Assembly (NCBI GenBank): GCA_038321985.1
Contig: JBBQFN010000005.1
Coordinates: forward strand, 96,001-160,000
Length of the DNA stretch: 64,000 bases
From: Cyanophyceae cyanobacterium
GTDB taxonomy: Bacteria > Cyanobacteriota > Cyanobacteriia > Cyanobacteriales > Laspinemataceae
Reading direction: 5' to 3'
Positions within the stretch are counted from its first letter, which is position 1. Every line of letters begins with the position of its first letter. Under the pieces are notes generated by a model. The model was given only the letters and a program-made list of their open reading frames with translations, searched no databases and had not been told where the DNA came from. This document shows, piece after piece, positions 30,901-41,587 of this stretch. The position numbers and the translations under genes are program-made.

Positions 30901-31263
30901 ATGACACAAGCAACACAGGCTCAACAAAGCGGGATTATAGTCACCGACTCGGCTATGAAGCACATTAACTCCCTCCGGAGTCAACAAGGGGGCCAAGACC
31001 TCTGTCTACGAGTGGGCGTGCGCGGGGGTGGCTGCTCTGGAATGTCCTATACGATGGATTTTGAACAGATTGGCAATATTCAGGCCGACGATGAAGTCTT
31101 TGAGTATGAAGAAGGCTTCAAAGTTGTATGCGATAAAAAGAGCCTGCTTTATATTTATGGCATGGCCCTTGACTACAGCAACGCCTTGATTGGCGGGGGC
31201 TTCCAATTTACCAACCCTAATGCCACTCAAACCTGTGGCTGTGGCAAGTCCTTTTCTGCCTAA
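30901..31263 (+). CDS. iscA: A-type Fe-S cluster assembly protein (IscA/SufA/HesB)
   Basis: LRVGVRGGGCSGMSY, LDYS..LIGGGFQFTNPNA..TCGCGKSF. Confidence 0.95.
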   Translation: MTQATQAQQSGIIVTDSAMKHINSLRSQQGGQDLCLRVGVRGGGCSGMSYTMDFEQIGNIQADDEVFEYEEGFKVVCDKKSLLYIYGMALDYSNALIGGGFQFTNPNATQTCGCGKSFSA

Positions 31264-31332
31264 GTGGCACCTCCCCATTTTAACCTTTTTTGCAATCGCC
31301 ACCGTCCCTCCTAATCTCTCATGGCTCCTACG

Positions 31333-31360
31333 GACCCAGGTCAGGAATCTGACCTGGGTC
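31333..31360 (+). terminator. 12-bp perfect stem-loop after iscA
   Basis: gacccaggtcag-gaat-ctgacctgggtc followed by tactatttt. Confidence 0.55.
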
Positions 31361-31520
31361 TACTATTTTGGGGTTTCAATAGCCCTCTTGTCAAAGCAGC
31401 GATATCAGAGACCCCGGTTAACTCTCCTCCTCCCCCGTTTCTCCCCCATCGTTTTACTGGAGTTGAAAAACCGGACAGGCTTTTGGATACAATCTAACCA
31501 CTGCACGTGAAGAACCGCTT

Positions 31521-31940
31521 ATGACTGAAACCGTTGAATCTCAATTTACCAGTGGTGTCGAACGCTACAAAGCAGGGGAAGGCCCAGACGCCCTCATCCC
31601 GGTATTCCGGGATATTTGCGATCGCGCCCCGAAAAACAGTCCCGCTTGGACTTGTTTAGCTTGGCTGTATTTATTAGCGGATAAACCGACTCCTGCCTAT
31701 AAAGCCGCTCAAAAAGCTGTCAAACTCAATCCCCAAGATGCTCAAGCTCAGGTTAACCTAGCAGTGGCGATGCTCGATAGTGGACAAAAAGGCGTCCGTA
31801 CTCACATTGAAATCGTGCAACAACTGATGATGGTTGCCTCAGAATTGCACGATGAAGTGAAGGAAAATATCGATGAGGGATTGAATCGAAAACCCGATTG
31901 GAAGAGTTTACAACGGGTCAAAGACTGGCTGTTTGAATAA
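31521..31940 (+). CDS. Small TPR-like protein
   Basis: AWTCLAWLYLL...AYKAAQKAVKLNPQDAQAQVNLA TPR pattern. Confidence 0.8.
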   Translation: MTETVESQFTSGVERYKAGEGPDALIPVFRDICDRAPKNSPAWTCLAWLYLLADKPTPAYKAAQKAVKLNPQDAQAQVNLAVAMLDSGQKGVRTHIEIVQQLMMVASELHDEVKENIDEGLNRKPDWKSLQRVKDWLFE

Positions 31941-32473
31941 GGTTCACCCTTTGACTCTCGGTCAGGAGCGATCGCACTTTTCTGGACAATTCATTTAATT
32001 TTTAACCTTCAATGCCTGCATGAATGCCCTCCCCAAAATTCATGCAGGCTTATTTATTTTTAACCCCTTCAGTGGCTGTGAGTTCACGCTGCCATTACAC
32101 TCCTGTAGTCGGAGACGACTTGCTGACGAATTGCTGGCGTTTCTGACCTTCTTCCCTAATATTGTGCGGGAATTCTGTTTCAAATCACCAGCCCCCTTGA
32201 TTGCCCTCAAGGCAGGCGGACTATTTCCTCCGATTGCCACTTGGAAAACTGTCCACTCCAACGGGTTTTAACCGGATGTATTTCCCAGGTTATTGTATAT
32301 TTTTTTTAACTCTAATTCTGGGGTTTGAAAATTCAAGGCACTCAATGCGTAAATTCCTCCCTGAGTAGGGTAAGTTTTTTAAGGGTTGCCGTGATATCCT
32401 AATTGTTGACGGATTCAATGTTACTGCACTAAACCCGCTCCCTCGATAAATCCCTGTTAAATTTTTCGAGTAA

Positions 32474-34609
32474 ATGGTCTCGAAACTTAACAGGAACTTA
32501 CAGCCGCTCTTTTTCAAATTTCTAAATCCCTCGAATCAATCCCACTTCATAAGCATTTACCCCCTTTATCTTATGATTCTTTCTCGCAAATATACTGATT
32601 TACCCTGGACTTGGGATGGTAAGTCTCCAGAAACCCTCCGAAATGACTGCCAGTGGCTCGAATCCATCATTAAAAATTATGCTCCTTTTTCTGATGGATG
32701 GGTAAAAGCACGCATCGTCCAACTGGCCTATAATTGCCCCAGTTCTCTGGATTTTTCCCCGCCGGAAAATCGGAAAAAATTGGCCCAACGAAATAACCTG
32801 TCAAACGCTCAACTTTTGGCCTACGGAGGAAAACTTTCAGAAAAGGAAATTATTGAGGCGCTACATTGGGAATGTCTCGATTATTGTCAAAAATACCCCC
32901 TTTCTGACTTTCCTTGTTTTCGGAAAACGGTAAATGAAAATTATGTAATTAGCACTCTAAATACTTGGTCTAATCGGCATTTTTCCGAAAATGTAGCGCG
33001 TAACTTTGAGATTTACCAAGACCTCCATCATCCTAATGTTTTTTTAGTTACTAGCACGGCTCCTATTTCTCTGTATGTAGACCGAGAATTGCCTCCACCT
33101 GGAAGGTTTCGGGCTTTATTTAACGTTGATGAATTTGCCCAAATTGTTGGGGATGGTGTCTGCCATCGCCTCACCCTTCGTACCCACGGCTATGCAACCG
33201 CTGCCTCCACTTTTTATGACTTATTCCAGAAGGAAGCAGATGCCTTGAATCGCCAAGAATCATCACAAGAGGGCCGATTAAAAGACAATCATTTTTATAT
33301 TGGCTATCATTGGCCGAGCGAGCAGCCCTTTACCAGTCCCGGATTGTGGAGTGATTTCTCTAAAAACTGGGGAGTCATTTTAAAATTTTCTTTTGTGCTG
33401 TCCGGATTTGCTACCCTGATTGGCACTGGCTTGTATGGGGCGGTTAAACTGTTGGGAATTCCTCTGCTGAAAGGGTTGGAAATTCTCCCCCTTATTGGTC
33501 CGATTTGGAAGGGTATCCAGTTAAGTGCGATCGCTCTCCAATGGTATTGGATGGTACCGACCCTGTTTATCCTCTGGGTCATCCTGATGCAGTGTTTGCG
33601 AGTGTTGGTTTATCAGCGCGATCGCTACCGTACCATTCATTACGGTGCACCGGATTTAGCCGAATTTTTTTGGCGTTTAGACCGTTCTCTCAATCGTCAG
33701 GCTAAAACTGAAACCTCGCCCCAGACAAAGGGATTCACCCCGGTTTTAGCCGCTGTTGAGCCAGAAAACAAGGTTTCCGCTTGTGCCGATGACGAGGCGG
33801 TTTCACGGCCTGAATCGGAGATTGCAGTGAATTTGGTCGGTCATAGTATGGGGGGACTTCTGCTGGTCAACACCCTACGAATTTTGTCCGATCGCTTTGG
33901 CAAAGATGACGTAGAAAGTGACAGTAAAGATGGCTTAGACTCTAGCAAAATTGGCGATCGCTTGCGACTGGATAAATTAATTTTGGCTTCACCAGATATC
34001 CCCTTAGAATTTCTACGGGAGGGTCGCAATAACTACGTCCGGTCAGCCATACGTCGCTGCCGTCAAATTTACCTCATGTCGAGCGATCGCGATATCATCC
34101 TGCGCTATATGCCAACCCTCGGCAACTGGTTTAGCGAACCTAGCATCGAAATGTCTGCCTATCGTCTGGGAAATGTCTACCTCAAACCCTTAGACGAGCG
34201 TTATCCAGACTCCAATTACCGCCCTTATATTCGGAACGTCTTGGTCTCTCATCAAGCAGCCAGTCCGACTTCAGCCTATGATTTATTCGAGCGGTTTAAC
34301 TATATCGACTGTTCTGAAACGATTGGAGTGAATGGCATTTTTTGGTCATTAAAACCCTACCGAGGATTGGCGATCGACCTCATCAATACCCTGATGTTCC
34401 TCCTTAGTCTCAGTTATAGTCGTCTCTTCGGCCAACTAGACTTACATGGTGGATACTTTTTAACTCATACCGCTACCTTCAAAATTTTGAAACTACTCAT
34501 CAGTCTCAATGACGAGTCAGAAGCCGAAATCCAAGCGGGTATTTATCAGTTAATTCAAGGAACAAGAATCCGATTTTTACCGCGTCAACCTTTTTTAACG
34601 AAGGATTAA
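32474..34609 (+). CDS. Alpha/beta hydrolase (DUF900-like) with inserted membrane segments; start possibly 32573
   Basis: RTHGY, IGYHWPSE, VNLVGHSMGG nucleophile elbow, LILASPDI, late His in DLHGGYF. Confidence 0.7.
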   Translation: MVSKLNRNLQPLFFKFLNPSNQSHFISIYPLYLMILSRKYTDLPWTWDGKSPETLRNDCQWLESIIKNYAPFSDGWVKARIVQLAYNCPSSLDFSPPENRKKLAQRNNLSNAQLLAYGGKLSEKEIIEALHWECLDYCQKYPLSDFPCFRKTVNENYVISTLNTWSNRHFSENVARNFEIYQDLHHPNVFLVTSTAPISLYVDRELPPPGRFRALFNVDEFAQIVGDGVCHRLTLRTHGYATAASTFYDLFQKEADALNRQESSQEGRLKDNHFYIGYHWPSEQPFTSPGLWSDFSKNWGVILKFSFVLSGFATLIGTGLYGAVKLLGIPLLKGLEILPLIGPIWKGIQLSAIALQWYWMVPTLFILWVILMQCLRVLVYQRDRYRTIHYGAPDLAEFFWRLDRSLNRQAKTETSPQTKGFTPVLAAVEPENKVSACADDEAVSRPESEIAVNLVGHSMGGLLLVNTLRILSDRFGKDDVESDSKDGLDSSKIGDRLRLDKLILASPDIPLEFLREGRNNYVRSAIRRCRQIYLMSSDRDIILRYMPTLGNWFSEPSIEMSAYRLGNVYLKPLDERYPDSNYRPYIRNVLVSHQAASPTSAYDLFERFNYIDCSETIGVNGIFWSLKPYRGLAIDLINTLMFLLSLSYSRLFGQLDLHGGYFLTHTATFKILKLLISLNDESEAEIQAGIYQLIQGTRIRFLPRQPFLTKD

Positions 34610-34733
34610 TTCGCAGATTTTAGTCGGTTTAGAGGGAGGTTTTTTAGTAAAACTGACTCCGTGAACTGTTCAGTTTTTGAATTCCCAAAGTCCTCCCCTT
34701 TCTTCCCCTTAAACTGGGAGGGCCAAAGGGAGC

Positions 34734-35696
34734 CTACTCCCTCTTGAGCCGATTAATTTCCTCTTGTAACTCTTCGATTTGACTGCGCAACAGGTCCGCC
34801 TCCTGTTCTGGGGACTCGGTTTTCACCTCCACGGACCCTTGAGCAGTCCCTCGGGGATAATTTCCCCGCTTAATTTCCCGATACTCTGGGGAATTGGCCC
34901 ATCCTTGTAAATAGCTAACTCGTTCGACTGTAAAGGGATGGGTCAGAAACACCCCTTGGGAAACGTTGTTATAAAGGAAAAACTTATAAACTTGATTGAG
35001 CCCATCCTCATCCAGTTCTTGATATTGCTGGGCTTGACGGGTAAACTCATCTAAGCTGCATTCATGGGCATAGCGGGTAGAACCCCCGGCCATTTTCATC
35101 ATGGTTTGCATCACCGGCTTGACATCATCCATTACCAACATCGCTGCGCGATCGGCAGAGAGTTCGGCTTTTCGTAGCCATTCGTAAAAGGCGAGAATTA
35201 AGCCGGTACTGAGAATTCGGCTAAACCCCATGGTCAAATCCGCCAGATTGAAGACGGCCATAATCGCCCAACTTGCCATCTGAATCAAGGTCGTATGACC
35301 ACATTTGATATGTCCGAGTTCATGGGCGACAATAGAGCGAATTTCATCCTCATTCATCAAGTCAATCAACCCCGTGTTTAAAACAATGTAGGGAAGATCT
35401 TGTCCAAGGGCGTAGGCATTGACTACCGGCGCTTGGGATACAAACAGAGTCGGTTCTGGAGAAATGTCTAAATCTCGAATACATTCTCGGAATATCCCAT
35501 AGAGGGTGGAATACTGTCGAGGCCCCACTTGAATGCTATTGCCCATCATATAGACATACTGGGGACGCTCTACGAGAAATTCTACAAACTTGCGGGCGAC
35601 CAAATCAAATCCAGGGACGCGGCGTAAGGTTTGCTCTGCTTCCCGATCTAAGGGATGGCGAAAGGCTTCGCTAGAAATTCCAGTATAGGTAGGCAT
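34734..35696 (-). CDS. M48 family zinc metallopeptidase
   Basis: VNAYALG, IVAHELGHIK (HExxH), RKAELSADR, THPFTVERV. Confidence 0.93.
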   Translation of the reverse strand: MPTYTGISSEAFRHPLDREAEQTLRRVPGFDLVARKFVEFLVERPQYVYMMGNSIQVGPRQYSTLYGIFRECIRDLDISPEPTLFVSQAPVVNAYALGQDLPYIVLNTGLIDLMNEDEIRSIVAHELGHIKCGHTTLIQMASWAIMAVFNLADLTMGFSRILSTGLILAFYEWLRKAELSADRAAMLVMDDVKPVMQTMMKMAGGSTRYAHECSLDEFTRQAQQYQELDEDGLNQVYKFFLYNNVSQGVFLTHPFTVERVSYLQGWANSPEYREIKRGNYPRGTAQGSVEVKTESPEQEADLLRSQIEELQEEINRLKRE

Positions 35697-36027
35697 AGTT
35701 AGTGTTTTAATTACCCCAGGGTATGATGTAGCCGCGGCACTGGGGGCGATCGCCAGTCAACCGTCCCCATCCGTCCTCCATCAATTTTATGGCAATCTGT
35801 TAAAGCCATGGGAAACTGGACTTCAAAAGCGGTTAAAGTCAATCTCGTCAGACTCCACTATTTTTGTCCGAGTTGGGAGAAAATCCTTCTTTCGCGACAG
35901 ATTCCCCTGGCCCTAATTTGGATCCAAAATCAGCGGCTTTCTGCTTTCGTGAGTCAAGGAAGGCTGACCCGGTAAAAAAACTGATAGGCTATATCTCTAA
36001 TTGTAAACTAATACCGCTTTTCTACAG

Positions 36028-36915
36028 TTGACGAACAATCACTTGCTAAACCCAAGCATGGTACATCCGATGGATGATATCGCCAACCAAGCTCGTCAGG
36101 GCAGCGTATCGGCGATTATTCAAGTCCTGAATGAAAAACTGGCGTCTTCCGGCGTCAGAACCCGCGCCGTGTTTGCGGATGGCGTGTTGCAACTACTATG
36201 CGAGGCTCTGAGTCCCGATCTGCTGGACCAATCTAGCTTGGTCGATCGCATCCGCCAGATTTTAGAGTCTTTGGCACCGCGAAATATTCGTCGAGTCCAC
36301 ATCAACAGCCGCTTAGTGCGAGAACAGCAGTTGCTGTGGCTAGAAGAAATTAACCGCAATCCGGAAAATCAGCTACTCTGGTCCGAACTCATTACCCTTA
36401 AAAGACCTAATATCTTCAAACAAATCGGCCAAGATCTCAATCGCCAAAAACCCCGTACTGACCCCGCTTTCCCCAAATCCCCCTACTCCCGTCAAGTTCG
36501 AGAAGAACGCCAATTCCGCCGGGGGATTCTTAATGGGGTTGGGGTTAGCCTCTTACTGGTCACTCTGGGGTTACTGATTTATAACTGGCCCCAAGTTCAA
36601 TCCGGGTTTAATTCAGCGCGGGTTTCTCTGGGTGCCTCTAATTCTGACGAATCGTCCTCAACAGGCTCCGATCGCGATCCTTTTGCCGAAGCGGTGCGAT
36701 TAGCGGAACAGGCGTCTGCCGAGGGGAAAGTTGCTCAAACTTCGTCGGAATGGTTGGTAATCGCCGCTAAGTGGGAACAGGCGTCAGTATTGATGGGTTC
36801 AATCCCCTCGGATCACCCCCGGTACAAACTCGCCCAAAACCGCACGGAACTCTATCGAACTTACAGCGAGGAGGCCCAAACCCAAGGCGATCGCCTGCGT
36901 CGAGAAAAGCTCTAA
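36028..36915 (+). CDS. Single-pass membrane protein: N-terminal 'ARQG' domain, TM, helical C-terminal domain; start probably 36058 or 36070
   Basis: DDIANQARQGSVSAII...; TM ILNGVGVSLLLVTLGLLIY; PFAEAVRLAEQA... Confidence 0.75.
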   Translation: MTNNHLLNPSMVHPMDDIANQARQGSVSAIIQVLNEKLASSGVRTRAVFADGVLQLLCEALSPDLLDQSSLVDRIRQILESLAPRNIRRVHINSRLVREQQLLWLEEINRNPENQLLWSELITLKRPNIFKQIGQDLNRQKPRTDPAFPKSPYSRQVREERQFRRGILNGVGVSLLLVTLGLLIYNWPQVQSGFNSARVSLGASNSDESSSTGSDRDPFAEAVRLAEQASAEGKVAQTSSEWLVIAAKWEQASVLMGSIPSDHPRYKLAQNRTELYRTYSEEAQTQGDRLRREKL

Positions 36916-37135
36916 TTCACTGTTGGACTGGGGAATTCGAGTCGGGTTGTCTGAAACCCTGTTGCCACGCTGACTTAAACAGCAAGACGGTTTTACCTCG
37001 AAAATTCCCCGGGTCTGTTTCTAGATCCGCCCTAGGCTGGGATTATTTCCCTCTCGATTAACCCCTGTAGTTCCTGATTCATTAAAAGCAGGAGTCGATT
37101 GAAAAGTGGGCCAAAAATCTGTTAGTTCGGGAGTT

Positions 37136-38617
37136 TTAAATTCCAAACAGGGTATTTAACCGCTTGCGAATCCAAATCAAAGGCTTTTCTTCCCCTGCGA
37201 TTTCTTCATCCACCAGTAACCCCAAACTTTTGAGGGATTGTTGTCTTTCAGACAATTTTTCCGCAATACTATCTGCTAAGTTAACATGGGTGACTAGCAG
37301 TCTTTGTAAATCATTGCGGTCAATTACAAATAAAATTGTATCTTCTAAAGTTCTAACGCTAGCGGAACGGGGAATCCCCATGAGTAAAGAAATTTCTCCA
37401 AAAAATTCACCCGCGTGCAGGCTAGCAATATATTTTTGTAGTCGTTGAGAAAAGACTTCAACGGAACCGGAAAGAATAATATAAAAGGAATCCCCAGGGT
37501 CGTTTTCTGCACAAATTAAGCGATCGCTGGGAAATAGTTGCCGATATCCATACTCAATTAAGTGCAACAGTTCCATATCGCTACAGTCCTCGAAATAAGG
37601 CATCCTTCGTAACAAATCTCGCAGAGTCCAGTTATTGGGAGATTTAGGAATGACTTTTTCTAGCTTAGAAGGAGGCTGTTCCGATTCCGGAAGCGTCCCG
37701 GGACTGGGTACAGTTGGGATGTGATTTTTAAGTAAGGTATTGAAGGAGTCGAGGTTACGAATATGTAAATCTCGCTGGGGGAAGGGGATTTCAATGCCTC
37801 GCTGACGCAATTCACATTCAATCCGAAAGTTTAAGGCACTTTTAATCGGTTCGCTATTCTGGGGTTCATCAATCCATACTAATAGTTCAAAGTCTAATGC
37901 ACTTTCTCCAAATCCTTGAAACCATACTTTGGGTGGAGGATCGAATAGCACTTGAGGTTCTTTACGCGCTGAAGTTAGGAGTGCCTCAGTGACTAAAGCT
38001 GGATCGGTTCCATAGGCGATACCAACGGGGATATGCAGGCGACACTGGGGGTTTTCATAGCTCCAGTTAATAATATTATTTTCAACAAATCTAATATTAG
38101 GAATGATTACAAATACGCCATCGCGACTCCGCACGATGGTGGAACGAATGGAGATTTTTTCCACGGTTCCATATAAATCATCGACTTGGATATAGTCGCC
38201 CACTTTAATCGGTTGTTCAAAGAGTAACGTAATGCCACTGATGAAGTTACTGGCTAAATTTTGCAATCCGAAACCGATGCCAATTCCGAGAACCCCCGCT
38301 ACCACTGTGAGAGAACTGAGGTCAATTCCGATACTTTCAAGGACGATTAAAAAGGAGAGAGCGCTCAAGAGATACCCCATCACGGAGGCGATCGCTTCTC
38401 GGGTGCCTATATGAAATTTTAATCGCCCTAACAACCGGCGCTTAATCCATTCATTCAAACTACGGGAAATAAAATAGGCGATCGCACTTAATAACAGCAG
38501 TTGAGCAAGGCGATTCAGGGAAAACTCATTCCCTCCGACTCTAAACAAATCTTTTGTAAAAATATCACTGAAGACGGTTAAGAGGTGTTGTGTCTGCCTG
38601 ATGATCCAATTTACCAT
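37136..38617 (-). CDS. MscS-family channel with C-terminal cyclic-nucleotide-binding domain (bCNG type)
   Basis: GIGIGFGLQNLASNFISG, PIKVGD, IEIPFPQRDLH; cNMP cassette FFGEISLL..IPRSASV. Confidence 0.93.
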   Translation of the reverse strand: MVNWIIRQTQHLLTVFSDIFTKDLFRVGGNEFSLNRLAQLLLLSAIAYFISRSLNEWIKRRLLGRLKFHIGTREAIASVMGYLLSALSFLIVLESIGIDLSSLTVVAGVLGIGIGFGLQNLASNFISGITLLFEQPIKVGDYIQVDDLYGTVEKISIRSTIVRSRDGVFVIIPNIRFVENNIINWSYENPQCRLHIPVGIAYGTDPALVTEALLTSARKEPQVLFDPPPKVWFQGFGESALDFELLVWIDEPQNSEPIKSALNFRIECELRQRGIEIPFPQRDLHIRNLDSFNTLLKNHIPTVPSPGTLPESEQPPSKLEKVIPKSPNNWTLRDLLRRMPYFEDCSDMELLHLIEYGYRQLFPSDRLICAENDPGDSFYIILSGSVEVFSQRLQKYIASLHAGEFFGEISLLMGIPRSASVRTLEDTILFVIDRNDLQRLLVTHVNLADSIAEKLSERQQSLKSLGLLVDEEIAGEEKPLIWIRKRLNTLFGI

Positions 38618-38747
38618 TGAGCTAAACCGCCTAGCAGGAATTTCATGATTGATTTAGGCTCACTCCTTGGAGAGCATCTCTCCTTTGGTTTAATCCTTGA
38701 GTGGGACGGGGTGGAAATATTGTCAATTCTGGCCGGAAAATCGGCAA

Positions 38748-39839
38748 TTAAAACGGGTTTCCCATCATGCTTTTAATTAAAAATACGACCCCGGCTCCCA
38801 ATCCCATAATATTAACCCCGAGGGATAAAAGTAAGGCAAAGTATCCAAACACAGTTAAGGCAATTTCCAGGCGATCATTGGGAATAAATCTAGTTTTTTC
38901 AATGGAAATAAGCTCGGATAATTTCCCTTCTATAAAGTTTCTTCCGAGCCTTTTATTATAAAAATAACAATGTTTGGGAATTCCTTTAGGTTGATAAATA
39001 CTTAGCCCTCGTCTTCCCGCGCTAAGGTGACTAATTTTATTCAAATTCACCCCAAAAGTTTTGATAGCTTTTCGGGAAAAATCGGGGCAGGAAAAACAAA
39101 CTAACCCTCGTTCAGTCAGGACCAGACAAGCTAATTCTCCTTGATATCGCACCCCCACTGCATCAATAATTTCAGTAGTGGGGGGCAGGAATTCAACGAG
39201 AGCCTGGGCAATTTTAGGAAGGGCGTAGTAATAATCGACGCTAAATTTTCCTTTCTGGGGAAACCGGCCAATTTCTCGCAGCAACTCTTCATAGTCGAGG
39301 GCAGTGGGAGGCGACTGCTTTGGAGTCGATTCTTTGGCAGTTTGGGGGACTTCGGGAGCGCTGGCGGCTGATTGTGGGATTTTTTTCAGGAGATCACCCT
39401 GTGCAGATTGTGGCGTTCTTCCCGGGCTTTTTCCCCCGTTAACGGGGTGAGATGGGGCAAGAGTCTGGGATTTACGGGACTCTGCGTTAACTGAAACCGG
39501 AGCAGCCATGGGAGCGATCGCCGATAATTCACTCTGGGGAGAGAGCTTAAATTCTTGGGACCAGGCGGGGGAAGTCTGTCCCTGCTGAAAACCCGAAACT
39601 TTCAGGGAAGTAATCGCCTGGGGACCCAATTTCATCACCCCTTGATAAATAAATCCAGCTAAGACTTTTTGATTGGGAACCTTGGGGGCTTCAAGGGAAA
39701 CCTGTAAGCATCGACCCTTTAGAGATACTTTTGTGGTAATCCCTTTCGGTTGGAGGGACCGATCAATTAGAGCGGCGATCGCGGTTGGACGTCCCTGTTT
39801 AGCAAGTTCCAAAAGCTCAGTCTGTGTCATGGCTGGCAC
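38748..39839 (-). CDS. Hypothetical protein: N-terminal 'AKQG' domain, Pro/Ser linker, beta-rich domain, C-terminal TM; start probably ATG 39830
   Basis: LLELAKQGRPTAIAALIDRSLQPKGIT...; hydrophobic C-terminus. Confidence 0.7.
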   Translation of the reverse strand: MPAMTQTELLELAKQGRPTAIAALIDRSLQPKGITTKVSLKGRCLQVSLEAPKVPNQKVLAGFIYQGVMKLGPQAITSLKVSGFQQGQTSPAWSQEFKLSPQSELSAIAPMAAPVSVNAESRKSQTLAPSHPVNGGKSPGRTPQSAQGDLLKKIPQSAASAPEVPQTAKESTPKQSPPTALDYEELLREIGRFPQKGKFSVDYYYALPKIAQALVEFLPPTTEIIDAVGVRYQGELACLVLTERGLVCFSCPDFSRKAIKTFGVNLNKISHLSAGRRGLSIYQPKGIPKHCYFYNKRLGRNFIEGKLSELISIEKTRFIPNDRLEIALTVFGYFALLLSLGVNIMGLGAGVVFLIKSMMGNPF

Positions 39840-40034
39840 TCGGGGATGATAGGAAAAAGCGCGAATACCGACAAGGATAGAGGATTGGGTCAGTTTTGCC
39901 TACCCAAGCATTCGCACCTGTCCCGATCTTCCCAGGGGCAATCCCTGTGAGAAAATGTCTTGCCTTCTTGGGTTCTATGGGGTGTTTGCCTAGAGCAGCG
40001 CACCCCTAGCCATTAGCTAAAACCCTGTTTTCCT

Positions 40035-41057
40035 TTACTGAAAAGCATTTTCAGCCCGTTGTCGGGCAATATCAGCATTTTGCTGATAGGACGCCACTCG
40101 GGGTTGAGCATCGGGGTAATTGGGACTGTTCCCTGGGACTTGTCCCATCAAATCGCTCGCTTGCTGCCACAGAGTCGCGATTTGACTCCATTCCTGCTGG
40201 GTTTGTGCCGTTTGGGAGCGATTTGCTGCCTCAGTTGCTCGTCTCACGGCTTCCGCAAAGGGATTTGTTACTGGAGCAGGGGCCGGGGCCGGTGCGGCGG
40301 TGGGTGGGGCAGTCGGTGCGGGGGATTCGGCGACGGGTGCAGGTTCCGGGGCTGGAGGCGCTGGGTCCTGGACTTCAGAAGCCGGGGGCGCGGGGTCCTG
40401 GACTGCGGTCTGTGAAGACCTCGTTAGGAACCAGTAGGCAGCACCCCCTCCAGCAAACAGGATTAAAAGAATCAGGGGGATAAGGAGGATTTTATTCTGA
40501 TACCATTTTTGGCCTTGGGGTTTGCCTACCGGGATTTCTTCCTCTTCATCTTCGTCGAGGTATTCCTCTCCATCCTCTTGATCAGACTCGTATAAATCTT
40601 CTTCTGGCATCAGATTCTCTTCTTCTGGCATCAAATATTCGTCTTCGGGTAGCAAATCGGGGTCTTCGCTGAACATATCGTCATCGTCGGCGAACATCCC
40701 CGGATCTTCGCCAAGCATGGGATCATTATCTGACTCTAATGAGTCTTCGGGGGGTTCGATGTCTATTTCTTCTTGCCATGCCGGGAGGCGATCGCCTATT
40801 TTGCGTCCGTAAATCTTCAAGGTTGGAACCGACTCAATTCCCAACTCGGTTAGACCATTCTTAATGAAAGGAACTAGGGCGGTGGGATCGGGGACGGTTG
40901 CCGCTTCAAGCAACAGCAGCAAAGAACCATCTTTGAGAACTGCTTTTGCAGTTATCCCTTGGGATTGAATGGCGTGATTGACTACAGTAGCGATCGCCTC
41001 GGGTTGGCCCTTTCTGGCGAGTTCTTTTTGGTGTGTCGGGGCATTAAATAAGGGCAT
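40035..41057 (-). CDS. Single-pass membrane protein: 'ARKG' domain, acidic repeat linker, TM, Pro/Ala linker, helical domain
   Basis: KELARKGQPEAIATVV...; TM ILLIPLILLILFAGGGAAYWFL; NPFAEAVRRATEAA... Confidence 0.8.
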   Translation of the reverse strand: MPLFNAPTHQKELARKGQPEAIATVVNHAIQSQGITAKAVLKDGSLLLLLEAATVPDPTALVPFIKNGLTELGIESVPTLKIYGRKIGDRLPAWQEEIDIEPPEDSLESDNDPMLGEDPGMFADDDDMFSEDPDLLPEDEYLMPEEENLMPEEDLYESDQEDGEEYLDEDEEEEIPVGKPQGQKWYQNKILLIPLILLILFAGGGAAYWFLTRSSQTAVQDPAPPASEVQDPAPPAPEPAPVAESPAPTAPPTAAPAPAPAPVTNPFAEAVRRATEAANRSQTAQTQQEWSQIATLWQQASDLMGQVPGNSPNYPDAQPRVASYQQNADIARQRAENAFQ

Positions 41058-41323
41058 GGGAGGAGGTAGGTAGATTCTGAGATCATCTTACTGTCGAGAA
41101 TACCCACGGAAAACTTTAGCTTAGCTGGTAGATCGGATTTTACCTCAAACTTTGGCTTTCTCTAGTCAGATTTACACAGCGATCCGCTGGGCCGGGGCAA
41201 CTACCTTGGAGGCAGATCAGGGACTACCGCCCACCGGAAAAGCCTTTCTCCTCTCCTACATCACCGATGTTGTACAGAATTCCTGTCTAAGTAGGCGGGT
41301 AGTTTGGGCTAGGATAATCGGGT

Positions 41324-41587
41324 CTAATCTACAACCCTTAACCGTCCCTGGCGTAGGGCTTCAAATACTCGGTCGATCAAAACTTGCTCTTTTGGCGTTA
41401 GGGAATCCTTAGATAACAGGGTTGCCATAAAGATCCTTTGATCAGCCCGAGTAATTCGGTGTGTGATGAAGATCTGTTCAACAATTTTTTCAATGTTAGA
41501 TTCCGGTTGCACTCTATTTCTGTCATCGCTCGGGATGGGATGGCTAAAGTTGTTTAAAAATCTACCATTGCTAGCGAATTGGGGCAA
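41324..41587 (-). CDS. Small conserved cyanobacterial hypothetical protein (start uncertain)
   Basis: Helical IEKIVEQIF...IDRVFEALRQGRLRVVD C-terminus, a pattern I recall from cyanobacterial small proteins. Confidence 0.65.
   Translation of the reverse strand: MPQFASNGRFLNNFSHPIPSDDRNRVQPESNIEKIVEQIFITHRITRADQRIFMATLLSKDSLTPKEQVLIDRVFEALRQGRLRVVD

Noticed and set aside
31941..32473. Overlapping short ORFs 32020..32271, 32040..32261 and 32290..32517
   Set aside because: No motifs and mutually overlapping; likely spurious
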